DNA of 63,858 nt, filler included, from Octopus bimaculoides (taxonomy: Eukaryota), in the NCBI RefSeq assembly GCF_001194135.2. It is 5 parts of 5 records of this genome, joined end to end, with 100 filler letters (N's around TTAATTAATTAA, not from the genome) between each part and the next. Parts side by side here need not be neighbours in the genome. Positions count along the whole stretch, not along the records: positions 25,518 to 44,531 come from NW_026430968.1; 4 more parts are not named here. One strand, given 5' to 3'. Within the stretch, counting starts at the first letter, position 1; every line of letters begins with the position of its first letter. Positions 27,033 through 38,967 of the stretch are shown here, piece after piece. The notes beneath the pieces were generated by a model. It did no database searches, was not told the DNA's origin, and saw nothing but the letters and a program-made list of their open reading frames with translations. The translations under genes were made by a program, and so were the position numbers.

Positions 27033-27077
27033 TAAATATTAAATATAATTTACATCCTCACCTGTGCACACACACAC

Positions 27078-27118
<41 letters not shown>

Positions 27119-27935
27119 TTCTAGTCCAAGTTTTAGTAGAAGCACATGGCTTAGAGGTTATATTTGACCATAAGATTGTGGTTTCAATTCCTGGACTGGG
27201 TGATGTATAGTGTGCTTGAGCACTTCATTTTATGTTGCTTCATTTTGTGAAGCAACATAATGATGTTTATTTCAAGTGCTCCTATGGGTCTGAAAATAAG
27301 CTACAGGGAAATTCTAAGTTATATCCTAAGAGATCTTGAAATTACAAGGATGACCAAAACTTCAATCTCTGTGTAGCAACTTCAAGTACATGGAGCAGGT
27401 AAGTGAAAAATGAATGAAAGTCAGTGAAAAATGTAATTGGACCTGGTTTCTGTTTTTGAAGCAGAAACTAGAAAAAAAAGTGAAGTGAGATGGTAATTAG
27501 TTCATATAAGCTATGTATCTTCTCTAATGCAAGGCACATGTTTCTGTCTCTATCACAGTTTATCACCTGGTACACAGCTACCTCCCTTACTATTACACTC
27601 TGCTTAATTGAAGGATTTTGTCCTTGCAAGTTATATGGCAACCCCACTGGTGCTGGTGCCACATAAAAAAGCACCCAATACACTCTGTAAAATGGTTGAT
27701 GTTAGGAAGAGCATCCAATCACAGAAACCATATCAAATCAGACAATAGAGTTTAGCTCATATTCTGGCTTGTCAGATTGAGTTAAATTGCTCTACTGATG
27801 CCAGCATGGAAAGTGGACATTAAAATTTGTGGAGTTGCTTCATGTTGCAAACATTGAACTGAGGTGGGTCTCTTGCTATGTTGAATATAGGTACATATAA
27901 CTACGTATATATTACATAAGTATGTGTGAGTATAA

Positions 27936-27966
<31 letters not shown>

Positions 27967-28879
27967 GTTATATTCTGTTATATTATGTGACAGATAAATA
28001 TATTTTTTCTGCTATATTCAGATAACTGAAGTAGTTAATTTGAAAAATAGAGAAGCAGTAAAATCAATAACAGTCACCCAGCAAGTATGAGGGACAGCAT
28101 AATTGGTAATAGTTACCTAATTTAATATGAATGGCAGTGTAGTCAGTAATAATATTGAGTTACTGAGCAAGTGTTATTATGGTGTGAACCTATCAGTGAG
28201 CACGTTTCTTACTCCTAAATTTGTGATTGTTATAACAGCACATTGTACTGAAAAATATTTAGGTTATGATGTTGAATTTAATGTTAGATCATGTATTAAC
28301 AAACACAGTTTGGCAAGAAGAGCTATATAATAAACAAAGCAAGGATGGCATGTACAGACCTGCACACAGTATGACAATGATAACATGTACACACATGCGC
28401 ATACACACATGCGCATACACACATGCGCATACACACATATTCTCAGAGCATAATAAAGCTAACATGCACAACATAACAAGGATGACATGTGCAGAGACAT
28501 ACAACATGGTAAAGATGTTATGCACAGAGATGCAAACACACACACTCAACATGGCAAGTGTGGCATCTACAGACACACACAACATGACATGAAGGTTGTG
28601 ATATTCACTTTAAACAATAAACTGTTTGCTGACAGTTGAAAAAGTGATTGTTATCGTTAATCTCCGACTGTAGAACAGAAAAGTGTTGAAACTAAGCCCT
28701 GTATTTAATTGAAGTTTCTAAATTTCCGAACTGGTTTCTATGTAGTTAATAGCAATAAATATATTCAACTGCAACAATTTATAAAGCTAAGACAAGATAT
28801 AATTTCTGAAGAAATGTAAGAGATGAATCTTGCCCTAGATAGAATGTCAGTATAACACTGATATTATTGATTTCAAATT

Positions 28880-29085
28880 TTGTCACAAGGCCAGCAATTT
28901 TTTTGGGGGGGAGGGAGTAAGTCGATTACATTGACCCCGGTGTTCAACTGGTGCTTATTTTATTGATCCTGAAAGGATGAAAACCAAAGTTGACATCAGT
29001 AGAATTTGAACTCAGAACGTAAAGACTGATGAAATGCTGCTAAGCATTTTGCCCAGCATGCTAACAATTCTGCCAAGCTCACCCC
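28880..29085 (-). mobile_element. SINE family A
   Basis: Near full-length copy. Confidence 0.85.
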
Positions 29086-29102
29086 CCTCCCTGTGTTGTT
29101 AA

Positions 29103-29318
29103 TAAATCCTTTCTTCTATAGACACAAGACCTGAAATTTTGAGGGAGGAGACTAGTCAGTTATATCAATTCCAGTGTTTCACCGGTACTTAATTTTTTGG
29201 CCCCCAAAAGGATAAAAGGTGAAGCCAACCTCAGCGGAATTTGAACTCAGAATGTAGTGACAGGTGAAATACTGTTAAGCACTTTACTTAGCATGCTAAC
29301 AATTCTACTAGCTCACCA
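29103..29318 (-). mobile_element. SINE family A
   Basis: Tandem with the previous copy. Confidence 0.85.
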
Positions 29319-29714
29319 CATGTTAATAATGATAAATATATTCAACTGCAACAATTTGTAAAGCCAAGACATAATTCCAGAAGAAAAGTAAGAGATGAAT
29401 CTTTCCTTGGACAGAGTGTCAGTGTATCAATGACATTAACAGAAGATTTGATAAACTATTCTAGAGAGCTAAGCAGGAAGTGGCCAAATAATTGCCTTGA
29501 TTAGAGATACAAAAATATCCCCCGCCACAGTAGATTTGATCTTACAATTAACATTGGTAGTGCTGTCTTTATCTATTTAACCATCAGTTAGTAATCTTTT
29601 TTTTTCACCACTGACCAATTTCATGCAAGACAATTTTTCCATAACTGGAGTATCGTGTGATTAACGAAGCACAATAAAGCGCATAATATATGATTTAATT
29701 ATTACATATATAAT

Positions 29715-30330
29715 TTTTTAATCTTTTACTTGGTTCTGTCACTTGACTGGCTATGCTGGAGCACCAGCTTGAACAGATCAACCCCAGGACTTATTTTGTT
29801 TTTTCAGCCTAGTACACTTATTCTATTGGTCTTTTTTTTGCCAAACTGCTAAGTTACAGGGACACACCAACACCTGTTGTCAAGTGGTGGTGGGGACAAA
29901 CACAGACACAAAGACATGCATACACAAATATATACATACATACATGCACACGCACAGACGCACAACAAGCTTCTTTCAGTTTCTTATTTCTTTATTGCCC
30001 ACAAGGGGTTAAACGTAGAAGGGACAAACAAAGGGATTAAGTCGATTACATCGACCCCAGTGCATAACTGGTACTTATTTAATTGACCCTGATAGGATGA
30101 AAGGTTAAGTCGACCTTGGCGGAATTTGAACTCAGAACGTAGCAGCAGACGAAATACCGTTAAGCAGTTCACCCGGCATGCTAACGTTTCTGCCAGCTCG
30201 CCGCCTTTTCAGTTTCTGTCTACCAAATCCATTCGCACGACTTTGGCCAGCTCAAGGTGCCATGCAGTGGGAGTGAACTCAAAACTATGTGATTGAGAAG
30301 CAAGCTTCTTACCACACAGCTATGCTATAC
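29715..30330 (-). mobile_element. SINE family B, interrupted by a family A copy
   Basis: The two halves rejoin at the TTTCAGTTTCT duplication. Confidence 0.82.
29985..30206 (-). mobile_element. SINE family A nested in a family B SINE
   Basis: Flanked by direct repeat TTTCAGTTTCT (29974-29984, 30207-30217). Confidence 0.88.
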
Positions 30331-30334
30331 CCTG

Positions 30335-30454
30335 CGGACTGCATCAGTCAATAAGATGGAAATGGAATTTAAAAATTTAATGTTTCTGTGTAGCCCAGTA
30401 CCAAATGATCTGTGACCTGGCAGTGTTCCACAACCTGGTGGTTAGGGACCCCTG
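30335..30454 (+). mobile_element. hAT (Charlie/MER1-like) terminal fragment
   Basis: gcccagtaccaaatgatctgtg...ggttagggacccctg resembles Charlie-type ends (reverse complement CAGGGGTCCCTAACC). Confidence 0.6.
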
Positions 30455-30495
30455 CACTTGACCATTTCTTCTTTAAGTCGGCTAGAAATGCTTAC

Positions 30496-30669
30496 CTCTG
30501 TCTTTGGTTTCATTTTATCATCATAGCAAAGATGTGCTACTTTACAATAATCAATCAACCCATTGCCATTGTCCAGTTCTGACGCTAGTTCTTCTTCATC
30601 TTCTCCGAATACATACAGACTGATGATTTCATTTTTATCTCCCAATGCTGAGGTTTCTATACTGCCATC
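30496..30669 (-). CDS. Probable downstream exon G (DGSIETSALG...ELDNGNGLIDYCKVAHLCYDDKMKPKTE), EF-hand-like
   Basis: Strong acceptor tttacttttgtttccacacag|GAT, donor GAG|gtaagc, 174 nt, phase 0-0. Same strand and scaffold as KIF28, but membership in that gene is inferred. Confidence 0.75.
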
Positions 30670-32559
30670 CTGTGTGGAAACAAAAGTAAATCCAGGAAAA
30701 TTTCATGTAAGTTCCAAGGGTTTAATTTCATCTGATAATATAGCAGGGGTGAGAAAGGGATGCACCCCAGGAGACACTTGTAGCAGGGTGGCATTTTTGA
30801 GCCCACTGTATAAACCTGCAGAGGCTTGAGAGAAAGGTGGGGTCTGGACCAAGGGGGTTGGAGCTATCTGGAGGTGGGATTGGGGGTGGATCACAGGTTC
30901 TAGCTATGCCACTAAATTAATCAGATAATTATTTTCCAGTCTCACCACCTGTGAACTAAAAAGCCAACATAATAACTCTAAATGTAATACAGGCATGGAG
31001 ATAGGAGCTTGTGACCTTCTATCACAGGCCAAGATAATTCTCCATCTATTACCCTACCTGAGTTACAAAGGCAATAAGAAATAAACCCATCTTTTCTGAC
31101 AAAATAATAAAAAAAATACAATATTTGTGACATAAGTTTATTACTTTCATAGTATTATTTATAGTGAATGCTTCTGTTAGGAATAAGACAAAATATTATT
31201 ATAATACTATTACAACTAAAGATGTCTTGTACAGTGGAGTACAGCTTCCATCTGGGATGGTGCTGCTCCTACACTCACAAGTATCCTGTACAGTGAAGCA
31301 CAGGACCCAACTGGAATGTTACTTCTACTATACATAGGCATCATGTGCAGTGAGGTTCATCTTCCATCTGGGAGGGTACAAATGCTGTTTCACATAGAGA
31401 CATCCTAATGAAATCAAAAAGAAGACTGTATGCCTAATCAACAAAAAAATCAATCTTCAACACACTTAAACTAATGCCCTGTTTCTTCTCTCTGTTTTTC
31501 TTTCTTCTGTTGCTACAGCTAAGGTGGTTGCTCTTCTCAACTAGCTCACTACATATTCTCTCCATCCATATCGACTAGATATACCTATTTCTCCTCATAA
31601 ATCACATTTGAAACAAATTAGGATAAAAAAAAACCAAGAAACCAAACAATGTAGTCCCATATATATAAAAGGACAAGATGGTCTCAACTGAGATACTTCC
31701 ATTTAATGATCTTGGATGAAAGATAACAGCTATTTCTATATTTTACCTCCAAAAAATTCCCCAAGCTGTCTTCCCATGACCTGTTGCTTTCCAAAATAAC
31801 CTTTTTGCTGATGTTTTCTTGCAAACTATAACTTAAAAAGGTTCAACCTTAACACCAACCACATAGGTTTTACTTGGGAGGGTCAACTAAAGTTATCAGC
31901 ACATTCCATTTGCCAATCATTAACATATTTAGTAAAGAAAAAACAAAATCAAAATATACCTCATTTGATGAAAGATTTGTTCTAAATTTTGTTCCAGTAC
32001 TCTTGGCTACAGCAGAGATGGATTGCCAAAACTGAATGAATTGTTGTTCCTCTTCTGGCTTTTGGGACCATTCCAGGCAAATTTGCTGAGTGTGATATAA
32101 AGTATGAGATTATATCTGTGTGTGTGTGTGTCTAAATACAATCATACATACATACATACATTTGTACATATGTACATAAATACATACACATGGTTCAAAA
32201 TTGTACAATAGACAAAAAACAAAGGACAGAAGCAAGTGAGGGAACAACAAACAAAGTGTATTAGTTTGGCACTCTGGGAAAATGGAAGAGTCTTTAACAT
32301 TTTTCACCTACGCTCTTCTACAGAAAGGAATGAGAAGAGAAAACAGATGGAGAAAGGATTTTTTTCTTTTCTCTGTGTCTGTCTGGATTAACAGTTATAN
32401 NNNNNNNNNNNNNNNNNNNNNNNNNNNNNNNNNNNNNNNNNNNNNNNNNNNNNNNNNNNNNNATATATGGAAGGAGGGGTAGAATCAGGAAGACATGGGA
32501 TGAAGTGGTGAGAAAGGATTGTTGGGTTTCACAGAGGAAATGACAGGGGATCGAAACTC

Positions 32560-32850
32560 CTGGTGGCTTGTTGTGTTTAAAAAGACATCCCAAGCTAAGT
32601 GAAAGTGTGGTTGCTCTTGCATACAGGCTTGTCCCCTACATTGTTCTCTACATAAACACACCCTTGCTGGTGCTGCATAAAAGCACTCAGTACACTCTAT
32701 AAAGTGGTTGGTGTTAAGAAGGGCATCCAGCTGCAGAAACCATGCCAAAACAGACATGGAGCCTGGGCAGCTCTTCAGCTGGTTAGCTCCTGTCAAACCG
32801 TCCAACCCATGCCAGTGAGGAAAATGGACATTAAATGATGATGATGATAC
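32560..32850 (+). mobile_element. Repeat family C
   Basis: gtgttaagaagggcatccagctgcagaaacc...ggacattaaatgatgatgat. Confidence 0.7.
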
Positions 32851-33321
32851 TTATACACACACAGATGTGTAGCTACACATATATCACTATATACATTCTT
32901 TTGTTGAGATGTAGCAAGTTTATTGAGGTCATGTGATTTGGAAAAAAATACTCAGTGGAATAATCATGAAATTTAATTCTGCCATAAAAAGGTTAATTCT
33001 TTTCTCCCATGTTTCACTTCATTGTGTCTTTGGGGCAGTTGTGGGAGAGGACAAATGGGTTGGCTGAACATATCAGATAGCAAGAAGAATTGGTGAAGCA
33101 AACAAGGTAGCTCTATCTGATTTTTATGGTTGGTTCATGAAAGATTTTTTGGAACCAAAATCTCTATTTTGGGATGTTCAGTTTTGTTTACAATAGCATT
33201 TATTATGCTGTTTCTCTGTCATGCCAGGATATAATTATTTGCATAATATATATATTATGTCTTAGCCAGGAAGGTTTTTGCATTTTATCTGGTGTCCTAA
33301 TCATTCTGTCAGCTTGTTGCT

Positions 33322-33358
<37 letters not shown>

Positions 33359-34139
33359 GATGCCCGGATGCAGTACCAGGCAGTGACTCTCATGGCTTCT
33401 GATCTTAATTGATTGGAAGTGTTATCATGTACATTGTTTTGTCTTGGTATAAAAGATGGGCTACAGCAAATATTCTGCTTAATACCACAGATTTGCTTGA
33501 GCATGTCCCTTGGTGGCTGACGATATGTGCATCTCTGATCATGAGCAGAAGTAGTGGGGGAGCATCATAGCCATGTGTTGAGAGGAATTCTTTGGGATTT
33601 GAATAATTCACCTTTNNNNNNNNNNNNNNNNNNNNNNNNNNNNNNNNNNNNNNNNNNNNNNNNNNNNNNNNNNNNNNNNNNNNNNNNNNNNNNNNNNNNN
33701 NNNNNNNNNNNNNNNNNNNNNNNNNNNNNNNNNNNNNNNNNNNNNNNNNNNNNNNNNNNNNNNNNNNNNNNNNNNNNNNNNNNNNNNNNNNNNNNNNNNN
33801 NNNNNNNNNNNNNNNNNNNNNNNNNNNNNNNNNNNNNNNNNNNNNNNNNNNNNNNNNNNNNNNNNNNNNNNNNNNNNNNNNNNNNNNNNNNNNNNNNNNN
33901 NNNNNNNNNNNNNNNNNNNNNNNNNNNNNNNNNNNNNNNNNNNNNNNNNNNNNNNNNNNNNNNNNNNNNNNNNNNNNNNNNNNNNNNNNNNNNNNNNNNN
34001 NNNNNNNNNNNNNNNNNNNNNNNNNNNNNNNNNNNNNNNNNNNNNNNNNNNNNNNNNNNNNNNNNNNNNNNNNNNNNNNNNNNNNNNNNNNNNNNNNNNN
34101 NNNNNNNNNNNNNNNNNNNNNNNNNNNNNNNNNNNNNNN

Positions 34140-34145
34140 TAACTC
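34140..34145 (-). CDS. KIF28: Start of KIF28-like exon F (GAG TTA = EL), truncated by N gap 33616-34139
   Basis: Acceptor tgtattttttag|GAGTTA lies immediately before the gap. Phase 0 joins ...MTTQ|EL. Only 6 nt are visible. Confidence 0.55.
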
Positions 34146-34335
34146 CTAAAAAATACAGTCAAATTGTTGATGTGGGAATAAAACTTTGAAAGAATAAGTA
34201 AAAAAACAACACATTAATTCTTATACCAAATGGTGAAATAACATATGTCCAGTCTCTTCACAGTTACAGACTAATTCAAACCACCATTTGTGTGCATGTT
34301 ATATAAATATAACATAATATGATATAATATACTAC

Positions 34336-34379
<44 letters not shown>

Positions 34380-35743
34380 CACAGGATGTTCCCTAGCAAA
34401 CAGTTAATACAAGGGAGATAATCATTTCTTCATAGTATTTGGTGAGATTAGAAGTTGAATTTGAAATTAAGGAATAAAGAAGATGCATAGAATATGTATG
34501 TTCAATGTTTTTTGTTTGCTTATTATGAAGTTCTTAAAGTTTCCTGTCAGTGGTAAACAAGAATAGCACTATTTCATTTATTTTAGAAATCATCAGCATG
34601 ACATAACCCAGTGTAAGTAAAGTTAATCTTGTATGACTTTATATACACACTACATATATACTGGGAGACCTTCTTGTTAGTTATGGAGCAAGAGTGAGGA
34701 GTTAAGCTGGAAGCCAAGAGGAGGAGATGGGTAGCAATTTGGCCTCCTCTGCCAACACACAGATAGGAGGATGTTATAATTCAGGGTTAATACACTCAAG
34801 AATGATCATTGGATACTGTCTGATGACATTAATTTCTTCTGGTCAAAGCTACACTCTCCATAAGAGAATGAAAATAAAGCATCTTATAGATGCCATCAAT
34901 ATCATAATACACACACGCACATGTGTATATATATATATATTTATATATAATATATATATATATATATATAGTTTTAGAGAAAAGAATCAAAGTTCATGAA
35001 CTTATCCATGAAAGTCCACAGTCACATATAGAAAAATTAATAAGTAAATGCATGNNNNNNNNNNTACTGCTGGAAGAATACCCAATTATTATTACACTAG
35101 TGTTTTTTCTTTGTATTACCAAGTGAAATAAATGGGTGCAGGTAAAAAGATATTTTACCATTAATTTATATAGCAATAAGAAAAGGGAAGGGAATAGGTG
35201 GTATTCATCAACTTGCAGACATTGTATTGTGTCAATTTACCTGTTTATTTGTTTAAACAAATAAGCAGGTAAATTGATAGGGTGGCTTTTAGCTAGTATG
35301 TAGCTGTTAAGCAACTAACCCGGAATGGGAAGATCTGCAAACAGATCTCTGACTTGTTTTGTAGAATTTGTTGCAATTGCTTCCTCCAGAGTCGTATCCC
35401 AATGATAATCATATTTATCGCAAAAAATCATGCAAAAAAAAGAAATTGCTGAAAACAATTGCAGTAATGAAAATATAGGAATCCAAAATTTTAGGATTGC
35501 AGGTCTGGATTCAGCCCAGAATGTTTTTAATTTACTCACGGAGTCAGCCTGATTCCAAGATAGCATGGTATGTTGGGCTACGGCTTCTAGGAGTAAAGTT
35601 GAAAAAGTGTGACACACTGACATTCACATTTATAATATTAAATATGTTTAATTTTGGGGAAACTGTATTTCAATTGATGTGCATTTTATTTATGTGTGTG
35701 TGTGTATATGTATGTATATGTACACACACATACATATATGTAT

Positions 35744-35775
<32 letters not shown>

Positions 35776-36127
35776 GTATGTGTGTGTACATATACATACA
35801 TATACACACACACACANNNNNNNNNNNNNNNNNNNNNNNNNNNNNNNNNNNNNNNNNNNNNNNNNNNNNNNNNNNNNNNNNNNNNNNNNNNNNNNNNNNN
35901 NNNNNNNNNNNNNNNNNNNNNNNNNNNNNNNNNNNNNNNNNNNNNNNNNNNNNNNNNNNNNNNNNNNNNNNNNNNNNNNNNNNNNNNNNNNNNNNNNNNN
36001 NNNNNNNNNNNNNNNNNNNNNNNNNNNNNNNNNNNNNNNNAAACATATTTAATATTATAAATGTGAATGTCGTGGGCATCGGTACCATTTTCCTCTTTCT
36101 CCGTTCTTCCATTCTCCGAACTTTCCA

Positions 36128-36164
36128 TCTTTCCGACAAAGGGCTACGCCCGAAACGTCATACA
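36128..36164 (+). pseudogene. Decayed hammerhead motif, same family as 60424-60460
   Basis: CCGACAA plus one A; GGGC/GCCC; GAAACGTC; stem I broken. Downstream sequence (ctgagcgtc, gtcctc...tgttg) resembles that after 60460. Confidence 0.4.
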
Positions 36165-36277
36165 CTCTCTCTTTCCTTTCCTGAGCGTCCAATAATACTA
36201 TCCATATTCCGTCCTCACTTTGTTGATTTTTTGGTTTTTTGTTATTGTTTTTTTGAACTATATATATATATATATAC

Positions 36278-36440
36278 ATGAGTGGTTGGCGTTAGGAAGG
36301 GCATCCAGCTGTAGAAACTCTGCCAAATCAGACTGGAGCCTGGTGTTGCCATCCGGTTTCACCAGTCCTCAGTCAAATCGTCCAACCCATGCTAGCATGG
36401 AAAGCGGACGTTAAACGATGATGATGATGATGATGATGAT
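36278..36440 (+). mobile_element. Repeat family C 3' end (RTE-LINE-like tail ending in (GAT)n)
   Basis: ggcgttaggaagggcatccagctgtagaaac...gcatggaaagcggacgttaaacgatgatg; related copies at about 27590-27820, 32560-32850 and 44310-44470. Confidence 0.7.
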
Positions 36441-36829
36441 ATATATTAAAGGATTCAAAAAATAAAACAAAAATGATAGGGTTCAGTAGTTGGTTCAGTA
36501 TGCTGGCCACAGGAATTTCTGTCCAGAGAAGTTGTGCATCATCTCCCTCTTTCTCTCACATAACCACTTTCGCTCTCTTATTATTACTCCCATTGGCACC
36601 ATCATCACTACTACTTTTAATAAAACATCAACATCTCTCCCTAAATTGTTTTGCCTCTCTTTCTGTCTTTTCCGCCACCCTCACTGTCTCTATGTCTACT
36701 ATTACTCTCACCCCAGCAGGAGGAAGTGTCATTGAATAGCAAGAGGGTGAGACAGAAATTAGTTTTCACATTTATTATATTAGGTGTATATAAACACACA
36801 CACACACACATATACATATACGCACGTAT

Positions 36830-36864
<35 letters not shown>

Positions 36865-36904
36865 TGTACACACACACACACACACACACACACATGAAAC
36901 TTAC

Positions 36905-37171
36905 CTGAGTTGTCATTTGAGTGTCTTTTAATTCTGTGGTGTCATCTTGTGCTGTGTACAACCAAAACGTTATGGAACCAGCCTCAAAGAAAGCTATTTG
37001 ATCAGCTGTCAGTGGATCAAATGTAAATACTTTGGAATGGTTAAAGACTGGGTTTAGCATTCCTTTCACCAACTCTGTATCGGTGAATACAGATTTAGGA
37101 TTCAGGCGATAGGATACTTTCAGGCCTTTCATGAATCTCTTTTTGTAAACACTAGCATCCTTAACAGTTAC
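36905..37171 (-). CDS. KIF28: KIF28-like exon E (VTVKDASVYKKRF...NPVFNHSKVFTF...QMTTQ; C2-like segment)
   Basis: Acceptor cccttgcag|GTA, donor CAG|gtaagt, 267 nt, phase 0-0, open in the same frame. Confidence 0.92.
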
Positions 37172-37439
37172 CTGCAAGGGAAGAATAGAGAGAATGAAAT
37201 GGATGAAAGGATAAGCAATGTTTTTGTTTTTTATTTTGATTTTGTGTGGGTGAAGGGCTGAGCCCATGGCCCTTCACAGGCCTTCCAAAGTTGGTGAAAT
37301 CAACGAGGTTAATGTTCTTCTTAATCACCAGTATCATGAGTGCAAGAATATTGTGGGGTGCAACAGTTGTTTGGAGGTTTTAGATGGTTGGAATGTAAAG
37401 CAAAGGGTTCTTGTCTTTTTATTCTGTCCAAAGAAGTAC

Positions 37440-37580
37440 AAAATATCATAAGAAGCTTGCTTCCCAATTGCCTGGTTTCAGGTTCAGTCCCACTGTGTGG
37501 TGCCTTGGGCAAGTATTTTCTGCTATAGCCTCGTGTTAAAACCTTGTAAGTGGACTTGGTTGATGGGAACTGAAAGAATG
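37440..37580 (+). mobile_element. SINE family B 5' fragment
   Basis: ggttcagtcccactgtgtggtgccttgggcaag. Confidence 0.7.
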
Positions 37581-37585
37581 TGTAT

Positions 37586-37858
37586 CTGGCGTCATCAGAT
37601 TTTCATCTCTCTTGACTGTTTTCAAACACTTTGACGGTGTATTGTTCAATAATGACATGGAATTGAGGGCTTAGTTGGATGAATTCTTTGAGTCAAGACC
37701 AGGAGATTTCTATCGCCAAGACATAGCAAAACTTATTGAAAGATGGGAGGAAGTCATAAACAACAATGGAGAGTATATTATTGATTAATTTGTTGTAGTT
37801 TTTTTGGTTTAAAATAAATTTGAAAAAGACGCTCATGAATTATTCCTCAACCCAATAT
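37586..37858 (+). mobile_element. Mariner transposon 3' fragment
   Basis: ASSDFHL..FESRPGDFYRQDIAKLIERWEEVINNNGEYIID* followed by a TIR-like end ...caacccaata. Confidence 0.85.
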
Positions 37859-38211
37859 TATCTCCAGTAACAAAGAAATGCTATTGGATTTTAGAAAATT
37901 CTCTCATCTACATTTCTTTTTTTGCTTGTAATTATGATAGATTCAAAAACTTTGTCTATTTCTTTAGTGTTAAGGGAAGTTTGTTTTCATCCAGCTGCTA
38001 TATAAATGGCATTATTGGGATCGCAAAAGAGTTGCAATTGTTGTTGTTCTTGATCTTGATGTTACTTCTTACAGATTACTTATTGTAATGTTTGGGATCA
38101 TTTCTTCTATTAAATGTTCACTATACCATTCATTTTGTCCTGCCACTTGTATATTTTGTGTTTGATTCTTCATTGCATTTTTTAACCATTTTTTGTCATA
38201 TGGCATAATTA

Positions 38212-38572
38212 CAGGGTGCATAGGCTATTTGAGAGCATGACATTTTTCAGTTATTACTGATTTTGAATTAACTTTATGTTATTTATGTTTCAGAAAATAA
38301 TTGTCAGACTCTCAGCTTATTCAAAAAACAAAGAAGCATGCTGTAACTGTGGCCTTTAAGGGCTGAGCATAGCAATTTAGAGATAGCTCAATTTTTGAAA
38401 GTCACCAGATCTTTTGTCTACAAAGTTTGCAAGGAGTTAGAAGCCTCAGAAGGAAAGGTATCATCAGTATCAAAATGCAAAAAGCATTCCCAGACTTCTA
38501 ATATGATCAAAACACCCAAATTTATTCAACAAGTTCAGCAAATCAAAGAAGGAAATCCAAGAAGATGCCTGG
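38212..38572 (+). mobile_element. Tc1/mariner-superfamily 5' fragment (TIR start and N-terminal HTH)
   Basis: TA|CAGGGTG start; KKHAV..AEHSNLEIAQFLKVTRSFVYKVCKELE..IKTPKFIQQVQ. Confidence 0.65.
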
Positions 38573-38628
38573 TACTAATGCAGCTGAAATAAAGTTATAC
38601 TGAAAGGAAACCATAAATGATGATGATG

Positions 38629-38664
<36 letters not shown>

Positions 38665-38708
38665 GTCAAGACGAAGAGCACAATTCGATTGTATAGCTGT
38701 TTTATTCG

Positions 38709-38751
38709 TTGAACAATATTTCGACAACACGTCTGTCTTTCTCAAGTTCAA
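38709..38751 (-). ncRNA. Inverted copy of the U3-A8 hammerhead motif (sense to the KIF28 pre-mRNA)
   Basis: Reverse complement of 38925-38967; stem II GACAG/TTGTC with one G-U pair. Confidence 0.55.
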
Positions 38752-38924
38752 AACAAAAGGTGATTAAAAATTCAAAATTTCAGAAATCAAAACGTAAACT
38801 ATGAACGAGAGTAACCAGCGTCCATACTGATGATGTCATTCCATCAACGTATGGACGCTGGTTACTCTCATTCATAGTTTACGTTTAGATTTCTGAAATT
38901 TTGAATTTTTAATCACGTTTTGTT

Positions 38925-38967
38925 TTGAACTTGAGAAAGACAGACGTTCTGTCGAAATATTGTTCAA
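38925..38967 (+). ncRNA. Type-I minimal hammerhead motif with U3-A8 core variant
   Basis: Stem I TTGAAC/GTTCAA; core TTGAGAA plus one A; stem II GACAG/CTGTC; GAAA; palindrome ATAT; U17. Confidence 0.6.

Noticed and set aside
28022-28084. Plus-strand exon-like 63-mer inside the kinesin intron
   Set aside because: It is isolated with no partner exons or recognisable motif, so it is likely chance.
30442-30906. Two collinear minus ORFs separated by one in-frame TGA (possible selenocysteine or readthrough)
   Set aside because: A strong splice acceptor at 30670-30671 lies just downstream of the TGA and explains the coding part. The upstream portion is intronic, and no SECIS was identified.
31747-31825. 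Possible additional minus-strand exon (LQENISKKVILESNRSWEDSLGNFLE, phase 2-0)
   Set aside because: The acceptor is weak, all three frames are open and the upstream phase is unknown because of the gap. It cannot be supported, though it is not excluded.
35540-35586. Minus-strand mini-exon with ctag acceptor and gtgagt donor
   Set aside because: It has a stop in the phase-0 frame required after exon E, and the better candidate at 34145 gives the expected EL.
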